Shown here: piece by piece, positions 37,259 to 46,589 of the stretch | Numbering within the stretch: the first letter of the stretch is position 1 | Layout of the letters: each line of letters begins with the position of its first letter | DNA from: an uncultured Gemmatimonadaceae bacterium | GTDB lineage: Bacteria; Gemmatimonadota; Gemmatimonadetes; Longimicrobiales; RSA9 | Direction: 5' to 3' | DNA: 56,313 nucleotides | Assembly: GCA_964384585.1 (NCBI GenBank) | Contig: CAYLME010000004.1 | Coordinates: forward strand, 1-56,313 | Made by a program: the position numbers and the translations under genes | The notes under the pieces: generated by a model | The model's input: only the letters and a program-made list of their open reading frames with translations | The model's database searches: none | What the model was told of the DNA's origin: nothing

Positions 37259-40222
37259 CTACTGGTTATCCGCCACTGCTGCCGGCGGCGCCGCACTCAG
37301 CGCCTGGTGATGCATCAGCGCATTGAACAGCATCGCGTACGACCCCAGCGTCTCGCCGCGCCAGAACGGATTGAACGAGAACATGATCACGTTCCCGCGT
37401 CCGAGTGATGCCTGTACGAGTGCGGGCGAGTTGGCCAGCTCACGACCGTTGTTGAGGCCGCCGCTGATCAACAGCCTGGACACGTCCGGCTCGTAGCGCA
37501 GGATCGTGCGGTAGGCCGGACGGTCCTGTCCGCCGAAGCCGAAGAACGACGCTTCGCTCTCGTCCTGCTGCTGGCCGGCACGGAACTCCTCGACGCCGGC
37601 GGCGCCCATGTCGCGCGGACGCCCCTGCACGATGTCGGTGTCCTGCGTGCCGCCGCGCCCGCTGCGGCGCGCGGTCGTCGCACCCTCGCGGGCCGCCTGC
37701 TCGGCGCTCACGCCACTACCGCCACCACCGAATCGGCCGAAGCCGCTCTGCTGCGCGGCGAACACCGGCGAGCTGCGCTGGTTGAAGTAGACGCCGACGG
37801 CGTCGTCATAGCCGTAGAGCAACGGGCTGGTCTTCTCGGCCGCCACCGCGCGATAGACGCCGCCGGGCGCCCAGAGCTGCTGCGTCTGGCGGATCGAGAG
37901 GCCCGTCGCGAAGCCGAAGTGCACCGGTATCGACGCACTGTTCGTCAGTGTGACGAGTGTGCCGCCCTCTTCGACGAAACGCTGCAGGTTCGAGACGCCG
38001 CGCAGCTCGAGTCCGCCGCGCATGTCGTCGGTCTCGTCCTGCCGCCCGAGGTTCGGCGTCAGTGCCGTGCGCTTCCACGGCACCGGGCTGTCACCGGTGA
38101 CGCCGCGCACCGTGCTGAGTGCATCGAACGACGTCGGCCCGAGCAGCAGCACGTCATAACGTTCGCGCAGCCGCGGGTTGTCGCGCACCTCGTGCACGGA
38201 GATGTAGTCATACGGCACGCCGTACTCGTCCAGGCCGAGGCGCATCCAGCCCTCGTCCTGCGTGCGCTGCCACGTGTGCACGACCGCCACGCGCGGTGTC
38301 GCGACCGCGTGCGCAGCGACGGACGGGACGGCGCTCACACCGTATGCGGTGAAGCCGTACTGTGCGGCCGCACGCTCGAGGCGGCTGCGCAGGTCGCCGG
38401 GGTTGCCGCGCGTCGGGATGATGAAGCTGCCCGCGCGGAAGCTGCGGCCGCCGGCGTCGAATGCAGTCTCCGCTGCCTGAATGCGCAGCTCACGGTTCGC
38501 GAAGCGGAACGCCGCCAGCGTGTTGTCGGCGTTGTAGTCGATGATGTACGCGCCACCGCTGCCCTGCACGCTGCCGCCCGGCGCAAACGTCGTGACGGGC
38601 GACATCGGCGCGTTCAGCACCGCGACGTCCTCGACACGATCGACCTGCGCATTGAAGAGCGGGCCGAGCGTCCAGCCCACGTCGTCGTACGGGCTCGGAT
38701 CGTCCGGGTTGTAGTACTGGATGTCGAGCAGCATGTCGATCGCACGCGAGTACGGCTGGTCCATGCGGATGACGAAGCTGCCCGCCGGATAGCTGACGTC
38801 GCCCACATTGAATGCCGACGTCGCACGCTGGATCTCTGCCCCCTGCTGCTGCATCAGCGTGAGCAGTCGCGCCTGCTGGCCCTTGCGCGGGTCGTCAGCC
38901 GTAAAGACGTACGCTGCCGGGCCTTCCGTCGTGGCCTTCGCGATCGAGCGCTTCGACTTCTCCCAGAAGTTGCGCAGGAACTCCTCGCGCTCGACGGCGA
39001 CCTCGTGCAGCGCGACCAGCAGCGCGCTCTGCTGCAGGTTCACGTTGTTGCGGATGCCCCAGACCACCTCCGGCAGCGGCGTGCTCGGACGGTGCCACTG
39101 GCGATCCACGTTCGTGCGCACGATATGCGTGCCGGCATTGCGCGACGCCTGTGTCTCGTAGAAACGGCCGATCGAGTTCCGCATGTTCGCGATCCAGAAC
39201 ATGTAGTTCGGCGCCCAGCCGTCATAGAAGTCGAACGTGTAGACACCCGGCACGCCCCACGCCGTCATGTCCTTGACTTCCTTGAACGCGAGCCGGTTCC
39301 ACTCGTTCACGACGATCGGATCCACCCATGCGTTGTACGGTCCGCGACCGGTCGAGGTGTAGAGATACGACGCCGATTCGTGCAGGTCGTGCAGCACCGT
39401 GGGGTGCCACTCCATGAACGTCCTCAGGATGTTCTGCGTGATCGCCAGCTGCAGGCCCATGCCGTCGCGGTTGTTGTCATGCGCGACGTACTTGCCCCAG
39501 TACAGCGGGCTGCGCGGGTAGTTGCCGTCCGGGTCCTTGCGCGGCGCCATGTGGATGTCCACCACCTTCGCACGGCCGTCCACTTCCACGATCGGCGTCG
39601 CCATGAAGATCAGGTTGTCGCGGATCGCGCGGATGTGCTCGCCTTCATCGACCGCCAGGCGGTACACCAGCTCCATCAGCATCTCCGGCGAACCGGTCTC
39701 CGGCGAATGAATCGCGCCCGTCGCCCAGTAGATCGGCTTTGCACTGCCGATGATGCGCTGCGCCTCGGCCTCCGTCGTGCCGCGCGGATCCGCCAGCCTG
39801 CCAAGGTTCGCCTTGTGCTGATCCAGGTTCGCGATCGTCGCTTCGTCCGCGACGACGACAAGCAGCATCTCGCGACCCTCTTCCGTCTGGCCGATCGAGA
39901 AGACCTTCACACGGTCGGATGCCTCGTCCACCGCGCGCAGGTAGCCGTAGATCTCCTCCGGATAGTGCAGCACGTCCGGCTGACCTACCACGTGACCGAG
40001 AAAATCCTTCGGCGTGGGCACCGTGCTCGACGCCGGCAGGTGGTCGATCAGCGGCGTGAGGAAGAACGGCTCCGTCGTGTACTCGCGAATCGCTGCCGTG
40101 TATGCAGCATCCTGCGCCTGCTGCGCCTGCACGCCCGTGACGTGCACGAACGGCGCGGCGAACACCAGCGGAAGGGCTGCAATGAGCCTGCGCGCAACGG
40201 CGCGCGCGGGGATGGGTCGCAT
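37259..40222 (-). CDS. Secreted M14 (carboxypeptidase-like) family protein, about 990 aa
   Basis: ATG 40222 lies 7 nt after GGAGG. Signal peptide MRPIPARAVARRLIAALPLVFAAPFVHVTGVQAQ. KVFSIGQTEEGREMLLVVV and zinc motif GAIHSPETGSPEM are typical of large bacterial M14-like proteins. Confidence 0.85.
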   Translation of the reverse strand: MRPIPARAVARRLIAALPLVFAAPFVHVTGVQAQQAQDAAYTAAIREYTTEPFFLTPLIDHLPASSTVPTPKDFLGHVVGQPDVLHYPEEIYGYLRAVDEASDRVKVFSIGQTEEGREMLLVVVADEATIANLDQHKANLGRLADPRGTTEAEAQRIIGSAKPIYWATGAIHSPETGSPEMLMELVYRLAVDEGEHIRAIRDNLIFMATPIVEVDGRAKVVDIHMAPRKDPDGNYPRSPLYWGKYVAHDNNRDGMGLQLAITQNILRTFMEWHPTVLHDLHESASYLYTSTGRGPYNAWVDPIVVNEWNRLAFKEVKDMTAWGVPGVYTFDFYDGWAPNYMFWIANMRNSIGRFYETQASRNAGTHIVRTNVDRQWHRPSTPLPEVVWGIRNNVNLQQSALLVALHEVAVEREEFLRNFWEKSKRSIAKATTEGPAAYVFTADDPRKGQQARLLTLMQQQGAEIQRATSAFNVGDVSYPAGSFVIRMDQPYSRAIDMLLDIQYYNPDDPSPYDDVGWTLGPLFNAQVDRVEDVAVLNAPMSPVTTFAPGGSVQGSGGAYIIDYNADNTLAAFRFANRELRIQAAETAFDAGGRSFRAGSFIIPTRGNPGDLRSRLERAAAQYGFTAYGVSAVPSVAAHAVATPRVAVVHTWQRTQDEGWMRLGLDEYGVPYDYISVHEVRDNPRLRERYDVLLLGPTSFDALSTVRGVTGDSPVPWKRTALTPNLGRQDETDDMRGGLELRGVSNLQRFVEEGGTLVTLTNSASIPVHFGFATGLSIRQTQQLWAPGGVYRAVAAEKTSPLLYGYDDAVGVYFNQRSSPVFAAQQSGFGRFGGGGSGVSAEQAAREGATTARRSGRGGTQDTDIVQGRPRDMGAAGVEEFRAGQQQDESEASFFGFGGQDRPAYRTILRYEPDVSRLLISGGLNNGRELANSPALVQASLGRGNVIMFSFNPFWRGETLGSYAMLFNALMHHQALSAAPPAAVADNQ

Positions 40223-40277
40223 GACGACCTCCATGTCGGGAAGCAACTTGTGGGATTGGGAGGAGTATCGGGCGGAC

Positions 40278-40310
40278 GGCCGGATCGTGCAAGCGCACCA
40301 CGATCCGGCC
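40278..40310 (-). terminator. Hairpin in the 107-nt gap between the His-rich protein gene and the M14 gene
   Basis: Stem ggccggatcgtg / cacgatccggcc (12 bp perfect), 9-nt loop, about 20 nt after stop 40330 on the minus strand. No U-tract, so its terminator function is uncertain. Confidence 0.4.
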
Positions 40311-40329
40311 GTGTGAACCGGACGGCGTG

Positions 40330-41481
40330 TCAGTGATTGTGCCCGGACGCTGCCGGCGCAGGTTCCGCATGCGCGCCATGGTCATCATGGGACATCGCAG
40401 CGCCGGCCGCCGGCTCGTGGTTCACGTTCATCATCCCGTCATCCCTGCCTTCGACCTGCGTCTCCACGTCGAGCGCATACTGCAGATCCGCTGGATCGAC
40501 GCCCGGCCATGCGGCATTGCGATCGACCAGCACGATTCCGCCCGCAGCGCCCATCGCACCGTCGGGGATCGTCTCGCCGGTCGGGTTGTTGTAGACCGCC
40601 GTCAGCCGGTACGTGCGCGACGGGTGCAGCTTGATGCCGAAGCGCTTGAGCATGTAATCCTGCGGCATGCCGATCACGTTGCCGTCGTCATCGACGTAGG
40701 GCGTCGTCTCCCACAGTACCTTGCCAGCCGTGACGTCCTCGAGCCGCAGCACTTCCGCATACTTGTGCAGGTGTCCGCCCAGGGCGAGGATGCGCGCCTC
40801 GACGGCGGGACTGCCCTCCCAGCTCTGCTCCGAACGACCCGGCGGCATGTCGTAGGCGTGGATGCCGGCAGGTGGCATCACGTCCAGGTAGAACGGGAAC
40901 ACGTGCATCGGCGCGAACCTGGCATCACCACGGGTGAACGGGATGCGCACGCGCACACGCACGTTCGCGTAGTCCGTGCCCGTCGGATTGTGCACCATCG
41001 CCTTGAGCAGCAGTCGCTCACCGGCTGCAACCGGATAGCCCAGCATCCGCGGCAGCGTGACCGGCGCCGTCTCATGACCAGCCGCCGCAACACGCTGCAT
41101 GATCGGACTGAACAGCTCACGGCGATCCGGTGTCATCAGGTTCATATGGTGCAGCAGGACCGACGGCACGGTGTCGCCGTTCGCATCGACCAGCTCCGTC
41201 CGGAAACCACGCATCCAGCCCGCCTCCGGAATCCTCCCGATCAGCGCATCCGTCACGTGGCCGGAATGACCATGCCCGCCGTCCGCACCATGCGCCGGGA
41301 TGTCGACGGGCGGCAGCTCCAGCACCAGCTCGCCGCTCTCCTCGTCCACGTACATCGCGAGCTCTGCGTCCGGCCGCATCTGGACCAGCGGGCTCTCCTC
41401 GACCTGCGGGTTCCAGCTGCTGCTGCATGCGCTCACGACGAAGAGCATCGCGGGCAGGGCGATTCGGAATGGTTGCTTCAT
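40330..41481 (-). CDS. Secreted His-rich lipoprotein with PHM/DBH-like copper-ligand motif pattern (putative copper monooxygenase-fold protein)
   Basis: ATG 41481. Lipobox MKQPFRIALPAMLFVVSAC. Ordered motifs LLHHMNLM, AMVHNP, GGHLHKY, DGAMGAAG. His-rich tracts AHGADGGHGHSGH and SHDDHGAHAEPAPAASGHNH. The CDS call is solid; the functional call is an inference. Confidence 0.7.
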   Translation of the reverse strand: MKQPFRIALPAMLFVVSACSSSWNPQVEESPLVQMRPDAELAMYVDEESGELVLELPPVDIPAHGADGGHGHSGHVTDALIGRIPEAGWMRGFRTELVDANGDTVPSVLLHHMNLMTPDRRELFSPIMQRVAAAGHETAPVTLPRMLGYPVAAGERLLLKAMVHNPTGTDYANVRVRVRIPFTRGDARFAPMHVFPFYLDVMPPAGIHAYDMPPGRSEQSWEGSPAVEARILALGGHLHKYAEVLRLEDVTAGKVLWETTPYVDDDGNVIGMPQDYMLKRFGIKLHPSRTYRLTAVYNNPTGETIPDGAMGAAGGIVLVDRNAAWPGVDPADLQYALDVETQVEGRDDGMMNVNHEPAAGAAMSHDDHGAHAEPAPAASGHNH

Positions 41482-41644
41482 ATCAATGCGAAAGAAGGGA
41501 AATCGGATTCTTGAGGCTGTCCTGCAACACAAGCTAAGAACGTTGGCCCCCGTGCGGAACACTGGCGAGGGGCAGGCCGCCGCACGCCGTGTGACCCTTT
41601 GACGATCGAGGTGCCGGGAGCGCGACGGGGGGACCGTGTCGCGA

Positions 41645-41676
41645 GGGGGCGGCCCGGCCGACGGCCCGGACGGCCC
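41645..41676. repeat. GC-rich GGCCCGG-type repeat in a divergent spacer
   Basis: Sequence gggggcggcccggccgacggcccggacggccc. Shares GGCCCGGACGGCCC with the reverse complement of 10861-10887. Confidence 0.5.
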
Positions 41677-41708
41677 TCTTGCGCGGTCCCGCCCGCTCCG
41701 CTATTGAT

Positions 41709-41724
41709 TCATACGTTCGTATGA
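41709..41724. promoter_or_regulatory. Candidate TetR operator palindrome
   Basis: TCATACG tt CGTATGA (perfect 7-bp arms), 19 nt upstream of the TetR start codon (41743). Overlaps a TATGAT -10-like hexamer. Confidence 0.5.
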
Positions 41725-41742
41725 TTCGCCGGGAATGACAGG

Positions 41743-42372
41743 ATGATCACCGTGGCCACCAACCCATCGACCGATGCGACGACACGCGAGGCGCTGCTCG
41801 CGACCGCGCGGCGCCTTTTCGCGCACCAGGGTTACGACGCGACGTCGATCCGCGAGATCACGCGCGAGGCGGGCGCCAACCTGGGTGCGGTGACGTACCA
41901 CTTCGGCTCCAAGCAGGCGCTCTACCACGCCGTACTGGAACAGGCGCTGGAACCGTTCGCTGACCGGATCGTCGGCGCGGCGACCGGGCCGGGCACGCCG
42001 CTCGAGCGGGTCACCGCGGTGGTGGGCGAGTATTTCGACCTGCTCGCGGAAACCGAGGACCTTCCCTTCCTGCTCATCCAGGAGATGATGGCGCGTCGCG
42101 AGGCGCCGACGCCGATGACGAGCGCGCTGCGTCGCGTGAGCGGCGCGCTGGCGGAGCTCGTCGCCGAGGGGCAGGCGGACGGCAGCATTCGCGAGGGTGA
42201 GCCGTTCCTGATGGCGATGAGCATTGTCGCGCAGCCGGTGCACATGTCCGTCGTCGCGAAAGTGATGGCCCAGGTTGCAGGCATCGACCCGCGCACATCC
42301 GGCGTGCGCCAGCGCGTGCACGAGCACACGGCTGCGTTCGTCCGTGCAGGCCTGGGCGGGAGGGAAGCATGA
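41743..42372 (+). CDS. TetR/AcrR family transcriptional regulator
   Basis: N-terminal HTH REALLATARRLFAHQGYDATSIREITREAGANLGAVTYHFGSKQALY. The stop overlaps the next start (ATGA). Confidence 0.9.
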   Translation: MITVATNPSTDATTREALLATARRLFAHQGYDATSIREITREAGANLGAVTYHFGSKQALYHAVLEQALEPFADRIVGAATGPGTPLERVTAVVGEYFDLLAETEDLPFLLIQEMMARREAPTPMTSALRRVSGALAELVAEGQADGSIREGEPFLMAMSIVAQPVHMSVVAKVMAQVAGIDPRTSGVRQRVHEHTAAFVRAGLGGREA

Positions 42373-43712
42373 GAGCGCCCTTCGCCAGCGTACCGCTTGC
42401 AGCTGCTTTCCTGCTCGTCCAGGTGGGCGCGACTGCAGCACACGCGCAGCAGACTTTATCACAGCCCGTCACGCTGTCCGACGCTGCAACCCTCGCGCTC
42501 CAGCACCATCCATCGATCGTGGCCGCGAGTGCGCGTGCGGATGCTGCCGATGCCGCCGCCGGCATCGCGCGCGCGGCGTGGCTGCCGTCGCTGCGCACGG
42601 AGGCGTCGGCGATGCGCTTCCAGGAGCCGATGATCGTCGCGCCGCTGCACCGTTTCGATCCCCAGAACGTCCCGCCTTTCGACCGCACCCTGGTCCAGGG
42701 CAACGTCGCGGCGCTCTGGACCGTGTACGATGGCGGTGCGCGCGGCGCACGCATCGATCGCGCGGACGCGCTGCACGACGTCGCACGTGCGCAGCGTGCG
42801 TCCGCGGAGCGTGCGCTCGTGGCGGCGACCGCGCGTGCCTGGCTGGCCGCACGCCTTGCTGCCGAGCTGCTGGAAGCGCACACCGCGCAGCGTGAAGCGC
42901 TCGAGGCCGAGCGCAATCGCGTGCAGCAACTGCTCGCCGAAGGCAAGGTCGCACGTGTCGAGCTGCTGCGCATCGATGCCGCACTCGCGCGCGCAAGCGC
43001 GGACGCTGCGGCGACAGCCGCCGATCGCACCGTCGCCCTGGCCGACCTCGCCCGCTTCACGGGTACGTCCGCCGAGCCTGCGGCATCCGTCATCGCGGTA
43101 CCGGGTTCACCGTCACCGGAAGAAACGAGCAACCGCGCCCTCGAGTCGAGTGCGGAGCTGCGCGCTGCGCAGGCGCGTTTCGCTGCCGCATCCGCGGCAC
43201 ACGCGGAGTCACGCGCGGGCTGGCTTCCGCGCGTCGACCTGGCCGGCCGCTACAACGAGTACGGCAGCGGCGCCGGCGACATGTCGTGGGAATGGCAGGG
43301 CGGTGTACAGCTGTCCTGGGCACTCTTCACCGGCGGCGCCCGCGCGCGCGAGTCCGAACGCACGGCTGCAGAATCGCGCGCCGCCGCCGCAGACGCAGAC
43401 GCTGTCGCACGCGACGTCGAGCACCAGGTCGACCGCGCGCTGGCCGCACTCACCGGCGCGCTCGCACGCGTGAGCGCACTCGAGACAGCACTGACGCAGC
43501 AGCAGGAAGTCGTGCGTGTCGAGCTGCTCGCGCTCGACGAAGGCGCCGGCGTGCAGACCGACTACCTGAACGCAGAAGCCGAACTGCTGCGCATCCGCGC
43601 GGCGCTTACCGAAGCACGCACTGCCGCACTGACGGCGCGCATCGAGATCGCGCGCGTCACGGGCGAGCTGTCACCGGAATGGCTCGAAGACACGCTGGAG
43701 CAAGGACGATGA
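42369..43712 (+). CDS. TolC-like outer membrane efflux protein
   Basis: Signal peptide MRAPFASVPLAAAFLLVQVGATAAHAQ. Duplicated OEP repeats (LSDAATLALQHHPSIVAA..., AWLPSL..., GWLPRVDLAGRY...). Confidence 0.85.
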   Translation: MRAPFASVPLAAAFLLVQVGATAAHAQQTLSQPVTLSDAATLALQHHPSIVAASARADAADAAAGIARAAWLPSLRTEASAMRFQEPMIVAPLHRFDPQNVPPFDRTLVQGNVAALWTVYDGGARGARIDRADALHDVARAQRASAERALVAATARAWLAARLAAELLEAHTAQREALEAERNRVQQLLAEGKVARVELLRIDAALARASADAAATAADRTVALADLARFTGTSAEPAASVIAVPGSPSPEETSNRALESSAELRAAQARFAAASAAHAESRAGWLPRVDLAGRYNEYGSGAGDMSWEWQGGVQLSWALFTGGARARESERTAAESRAAAADADAVARDVEHQVDRALAALTGALARVSALETALTQQQEVVRVELLALDEGAGVQTDYLNAEAELLRIRAALTEARTAALTARIEIARVTGELSPEWLEDTLEQGR

Positions 43713-44704
43713 ACCGCAGGATCCCTGTCGCTGTTGCCGTCATCATGCTGCTCGTGCTCGCGGGCTGGCTGCTGTTCGGCCGTTCCGCGTCGGCCGACGG
43801 CGTACTCGACGCGTCCGGCACGGTGGAAGCGACGAGCGCGGACCTCGGCTTCCAGGTTCCGGGCCGCATCGCGCAGATGAATGCTCAGGAAGGCACGCGC
43901 GTAGGTGCGGGTGACGTGCTCGCACAACTGGACGTCGCGGAGCTCGACGCACGTCGCTCTGTCGCAGTCGCGCAGCTCGGCACCGCGCGCGCGCAGCTTG
44001 CCGAGCTCGAGCGTGGTGCCCGGCCGGAAGAGCTGGCACAGGCGCGGGCCGCTGTTGCTGCGGCGGACCAGAAGGCGGACGAGGCGCGTCGCGACCTGGA
44101 GCGCACGCGTCGCCTCGAGGCGGGCGGTGCCGTGAGCCGGGAGGTGCTCGAGCGGGTCGAGACCGTCCATGTCGTATCGCAGTCGCAGGCGGCACAGGCG
44201 CGCGAGCAGCTGCAGCTCGTGCAGCGTGGCCCGCGCAGCGAGCGGATCGACGCAGCGCGTGCGCAGGTTGCAGCCGCGGAGGCCGCCGTCGCACAGGTCG
44301 ATGCGACGCGTGCCAACGCCACGGTCCTCGCACCTTTCGCGGGTGTCGTGACCGTGCGTCACCGTGAACCGGGCGAGACCGTCGGCGCCGGTCAGCCCGT
44401 CGTCACGCTGATGAATCCCGACGACCGCTGGGTCCGCATCTACGTCCGCGAAGACCGCATCGGGCGCGTCTCGCTCGGTCAGCCGGCCCACATCACCAGC
44501 GACAGCCATCCCGGCACCGCGTTCGACGGCCGCGTCGTGCACATCGCGAGCGAAGCCGAGTTCACACCGCGCAACGTGCAGACCGACGAGGAGCGCGTGA
44601 AGCTCGTGTATGCCGTGAAGGTGCAGATCGTCGCCGACGAGGCTCTCGCGCTCAAGCCGGGTGTTCCCGCCGACGTCGCACTGCTCGATGAGCAGCCGGA
44701 CTGA
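43709..44704 (+). CDS. HlyD-family membrane fusion protein
   Basis: ATG 43709 overlaps the upstream stop (ATGA). TM anchor MNRRIPVAVAVIMLLVLAGWLLF, coiled-coil region, and ATVLAPFAGVVTVRHREPGE beta-barrel motif. Confidence 0.85.
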   Translation: MNRRIPVAVAVIMLLVLAGWLLFGRSASADGVLDASGTVEATSADLGFQVPGRIAQMNAQEGTRVGAGDVLAQLDVAELDARRSVAVAQLGTARAQLAELERGARPEELAQARAAVAAADQKADEARRDLERTRRLEAGGAVSREVLERVETVHVVSQSQAAQAREQLQLVQRGPRSERIDAARAQVAAAEAAVAQVDATRANATVLAPFAGVVTVRHREPGETVGAGQPVVTLMNPDDRWVRIYVREDRIGRVSLGQPAHITSDSHPGTAFDGRVVHIASEAEFTPRNVQTDEERVKLVYAVKVQIVADEALALKPGVPADVALLDEQPD

Positions 44705-44711
44705 GGACGTG

Positions 44712-45650
44712 ATGCTCACGCCCGCCCACGCCATCGAGGTGCGCGACCTGTCGCGCCACTTCGGCGACACGATCGCAGTCGATCGCGTCACCTTCGACGT
44801 CGCGCCCGGCGAGTTGTTCGGCATCGTCGGGCCCGACGGTGCGGGCAAAACGACGACGCTGCGCATGCTCGCCGGTGTGCTGCCGCCCACGTCCGGTGAC
44901 GCAGTGGTCGAGGGTGTCAGCATCGCCCGTGATCCCGAAGGCGTGAAGCCGCACATCGCCTACATGGCCCAGCGCTTCGGCCTGTACGAGGACCTCACCG
45001 TTCGTGAGAACATCGAGTTCTACGCCGACCTATACCGCGTGTCGCGCGCGCAGCGGCAGGAACGCCTGCCCCGGCTCTGGCGTTTCTCGCGACTCGAGCC
45101 GTTCCAGAGCCGGCTGGCCGGCCAGCTGTCCGGCGGCATGAAGCAGAAGCTCTCGCTGTGCTGCTCGCTCATCCATCATCCCAGGGTGCTGCTGCTCGAT
45201 GAGCCGACGTTCGGTGTGGACCCGATCTCGCGCCGCGATCTCTGGCTCATCCTGCACGAAATGGTCGCCGAAGGCGTGACCGTGGTCGTTTCGACGTCCT
45301 ACCTCGACGAGGCCGAGCGCTGCGACCGCGTGGCACTGCTCGATCACGGCCGCATCATGGCACTCGACGCACCGATTGCGCTGCAGCGCGCGTTCACTGC
45401 CCCGCTCTTCACGATCCGCACGGACCAGCCGCGGCGCGCCCGCGACGTGCTGCGCACGCTGTCGGCCGTCCGCTCCGCATCGCTCTTCGGCGAAGCGGTG
45501 CACGTCGTGCTCGCGCAGAGAACGGATCTGCAACACCTGACCGCGACTTTGCAGCAGGCCGGGCTGCAGGTGATGGACGCGCAGCCGATCGGCGCGTCGC
45601 TCGAGGACGTCTTCATCGATCGCATCACGCGGCCGGAGCAGGCGGCATGA
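44712..45650 (+). CDS. ABC transporter ATP-binding protein
   Basis: Walker A GPDGAGKTTT, signature LSGGMKQKL, Walker B LLLDEPT. Confidence 0.9.
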   Translation: MLTPAHAIEVRDLSRHFGDTIAVDRVTFDVAPGELFGIVGPDGAGKTTTLRMLAGVLPPTSGDAVVEGVSIARDPEGVKPHIAYMAQRFGLYEDLTVRENIEFYADLYRVSRAQRQERLPRLWRFSRLEPFQSRLAGQLSGGMKQKLSLCCSLIHHPRVLLLDEPTFGVDPISRRDLWLILHEMVAEGVTVVVSTSYLDEAERCDRVALLDHGRIMALDAPIALQRAFTAPLFTIRTDQPRRARDVLRTLSAVRSASLFGEAVHVVLAQRTDLQHLTATLQQAGLQVMDAQPIGASLEDVFIDRITRPEQAA

Positions 45651-46582
45651 CGTCGATCGAGGCCATGAGCCTGACACGGCGGTTCGGCGACTTCACCGCG
45701 GTGGACAGTGTCAGCTTCACCGTGTCGAAGGGCGAGGTATTCGGATTCCTGGGTCCCAACGGTGCGGGCAAGACGACGACTATCCGCATGCTGATCGGGC
45801 TGCTCGCGCCGACGGAAGGAAGTGCGCGCGTTGCGGACCTCGACGTCGTCGCCGATCGCGCAGAGCTGCGGACACGCATCGGCTACATGTCACAGAAGTT
45901 CTCGCTCTACAGCGACCTGACGGTTGCAGAGAACATCGAGTTGTATGCCGGCCTCTATGGCGTCCGCGGAGCGCGCTTCGAGCAACGCAGGGACTGGGTG
46001 CTCGATCTTGCCGGACTGAACGGCGAGGAGGCGCGACCGGCGGGTGAGCTGCCGCTCGGCTTCAAGCAGCGGCTTGCACTCGGTTGCGCCGTGATGCACG
46101 AGCCGCCCGTCCTGTTTCTCGACGAGCCGACCTCCGGCGTGGACCCGCTCGCGCGGCGCGTGTTCTGGGACCTGATCGACGACCTCGCCAGGTCCGGCAC
46201 GACTGTGCTCGTCAGCACGCACTACATGGAAGAGGCCGAGTACGCTCACCGGCTCGCGCTCATGAACCGTGGTCGGCTGATCGCGCTCGACTCGCCCGCG
46301 CGGCTGCGTGCCGCATACGACCAGCCGATCTACACACTCGAGACGGCGCACGCGCCGCAAATCGTCGAGGCACTGAGCGGCGCGCCCGGCATCGAGGACG
46401 CAGCCATGTTCGGCCGCGCGGTGCACGTGGTCGCTGGCGACGTCCCCGCCGCCGAATCCACTGTGCGCGCAGCGCTCGCGGCGCAGGGTGAGGAGTTCAC
46501 CGGAATGCGGCGGGTGCCCGCGTCGCTCGAGGACGTCTTCGTGGGGCTCGTCCGCCGCGAGGGCGGTGCAGTGGAAGGGTGA
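45647..46582 (+). CDS. ABC transporter ATP-binding protein (second copy, variant signature)
   Basis: Walker A GPNGAGKTTT, Walker B LFLDEPT. The signature position reads LPLGFKQRL. ATGA overlap with the upstream gene. Confidence 0.9.
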   Translation: MTSIEAMSLTRRFGDFTAVDSVSFTVSKGEVFGFLGPNGAGKTTTIRMLIGLLAPTEGSARVADLDVVADRAELRTRIGYMSQKFSLYSDLTVAENIELYAGLYGVRGARFEQRRDWVLDLAGLNGEEARPAGELPLGFKQRLALGCAVMHEPPVLFLDEPTSGVDPLARRVFWDLIDDLARSGTTVLVSTHYMEEAEYAHRLALMNRGRLIALDSPARLRAAYDQPIYTLETAHAPQIVEALSGAPGIEDAAMFGRAVHVVAGDVPAAESTVRAALAAQGEEFTGMRRVPASLEDVFVGLVRREGGAVEG

Positions 46583-46589
46583 GCTGACG

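Noticed and set aside
37919-40336. 805-aa plus-strand ORF.
   Set aside because: It is antisense to the M14 gene, which has a signal peptide, an SD and an HxxE motif. The composition is Arg/His/Val-rich with no recognisable domain.
42074-44956. Minus-strand ORFs 42074-43132 (352 aa) and 43562-44956 (464 aa), and plus-strand N-terminal extensions such as 43286-43708, 47084-47704 and 52803-53036.
   Set aside because: They are Arg/Ala-rich shadow frames or in-frame upstream extensions. The true starts are marked by ATGA coupling, SD sequences and signal or TM segments.
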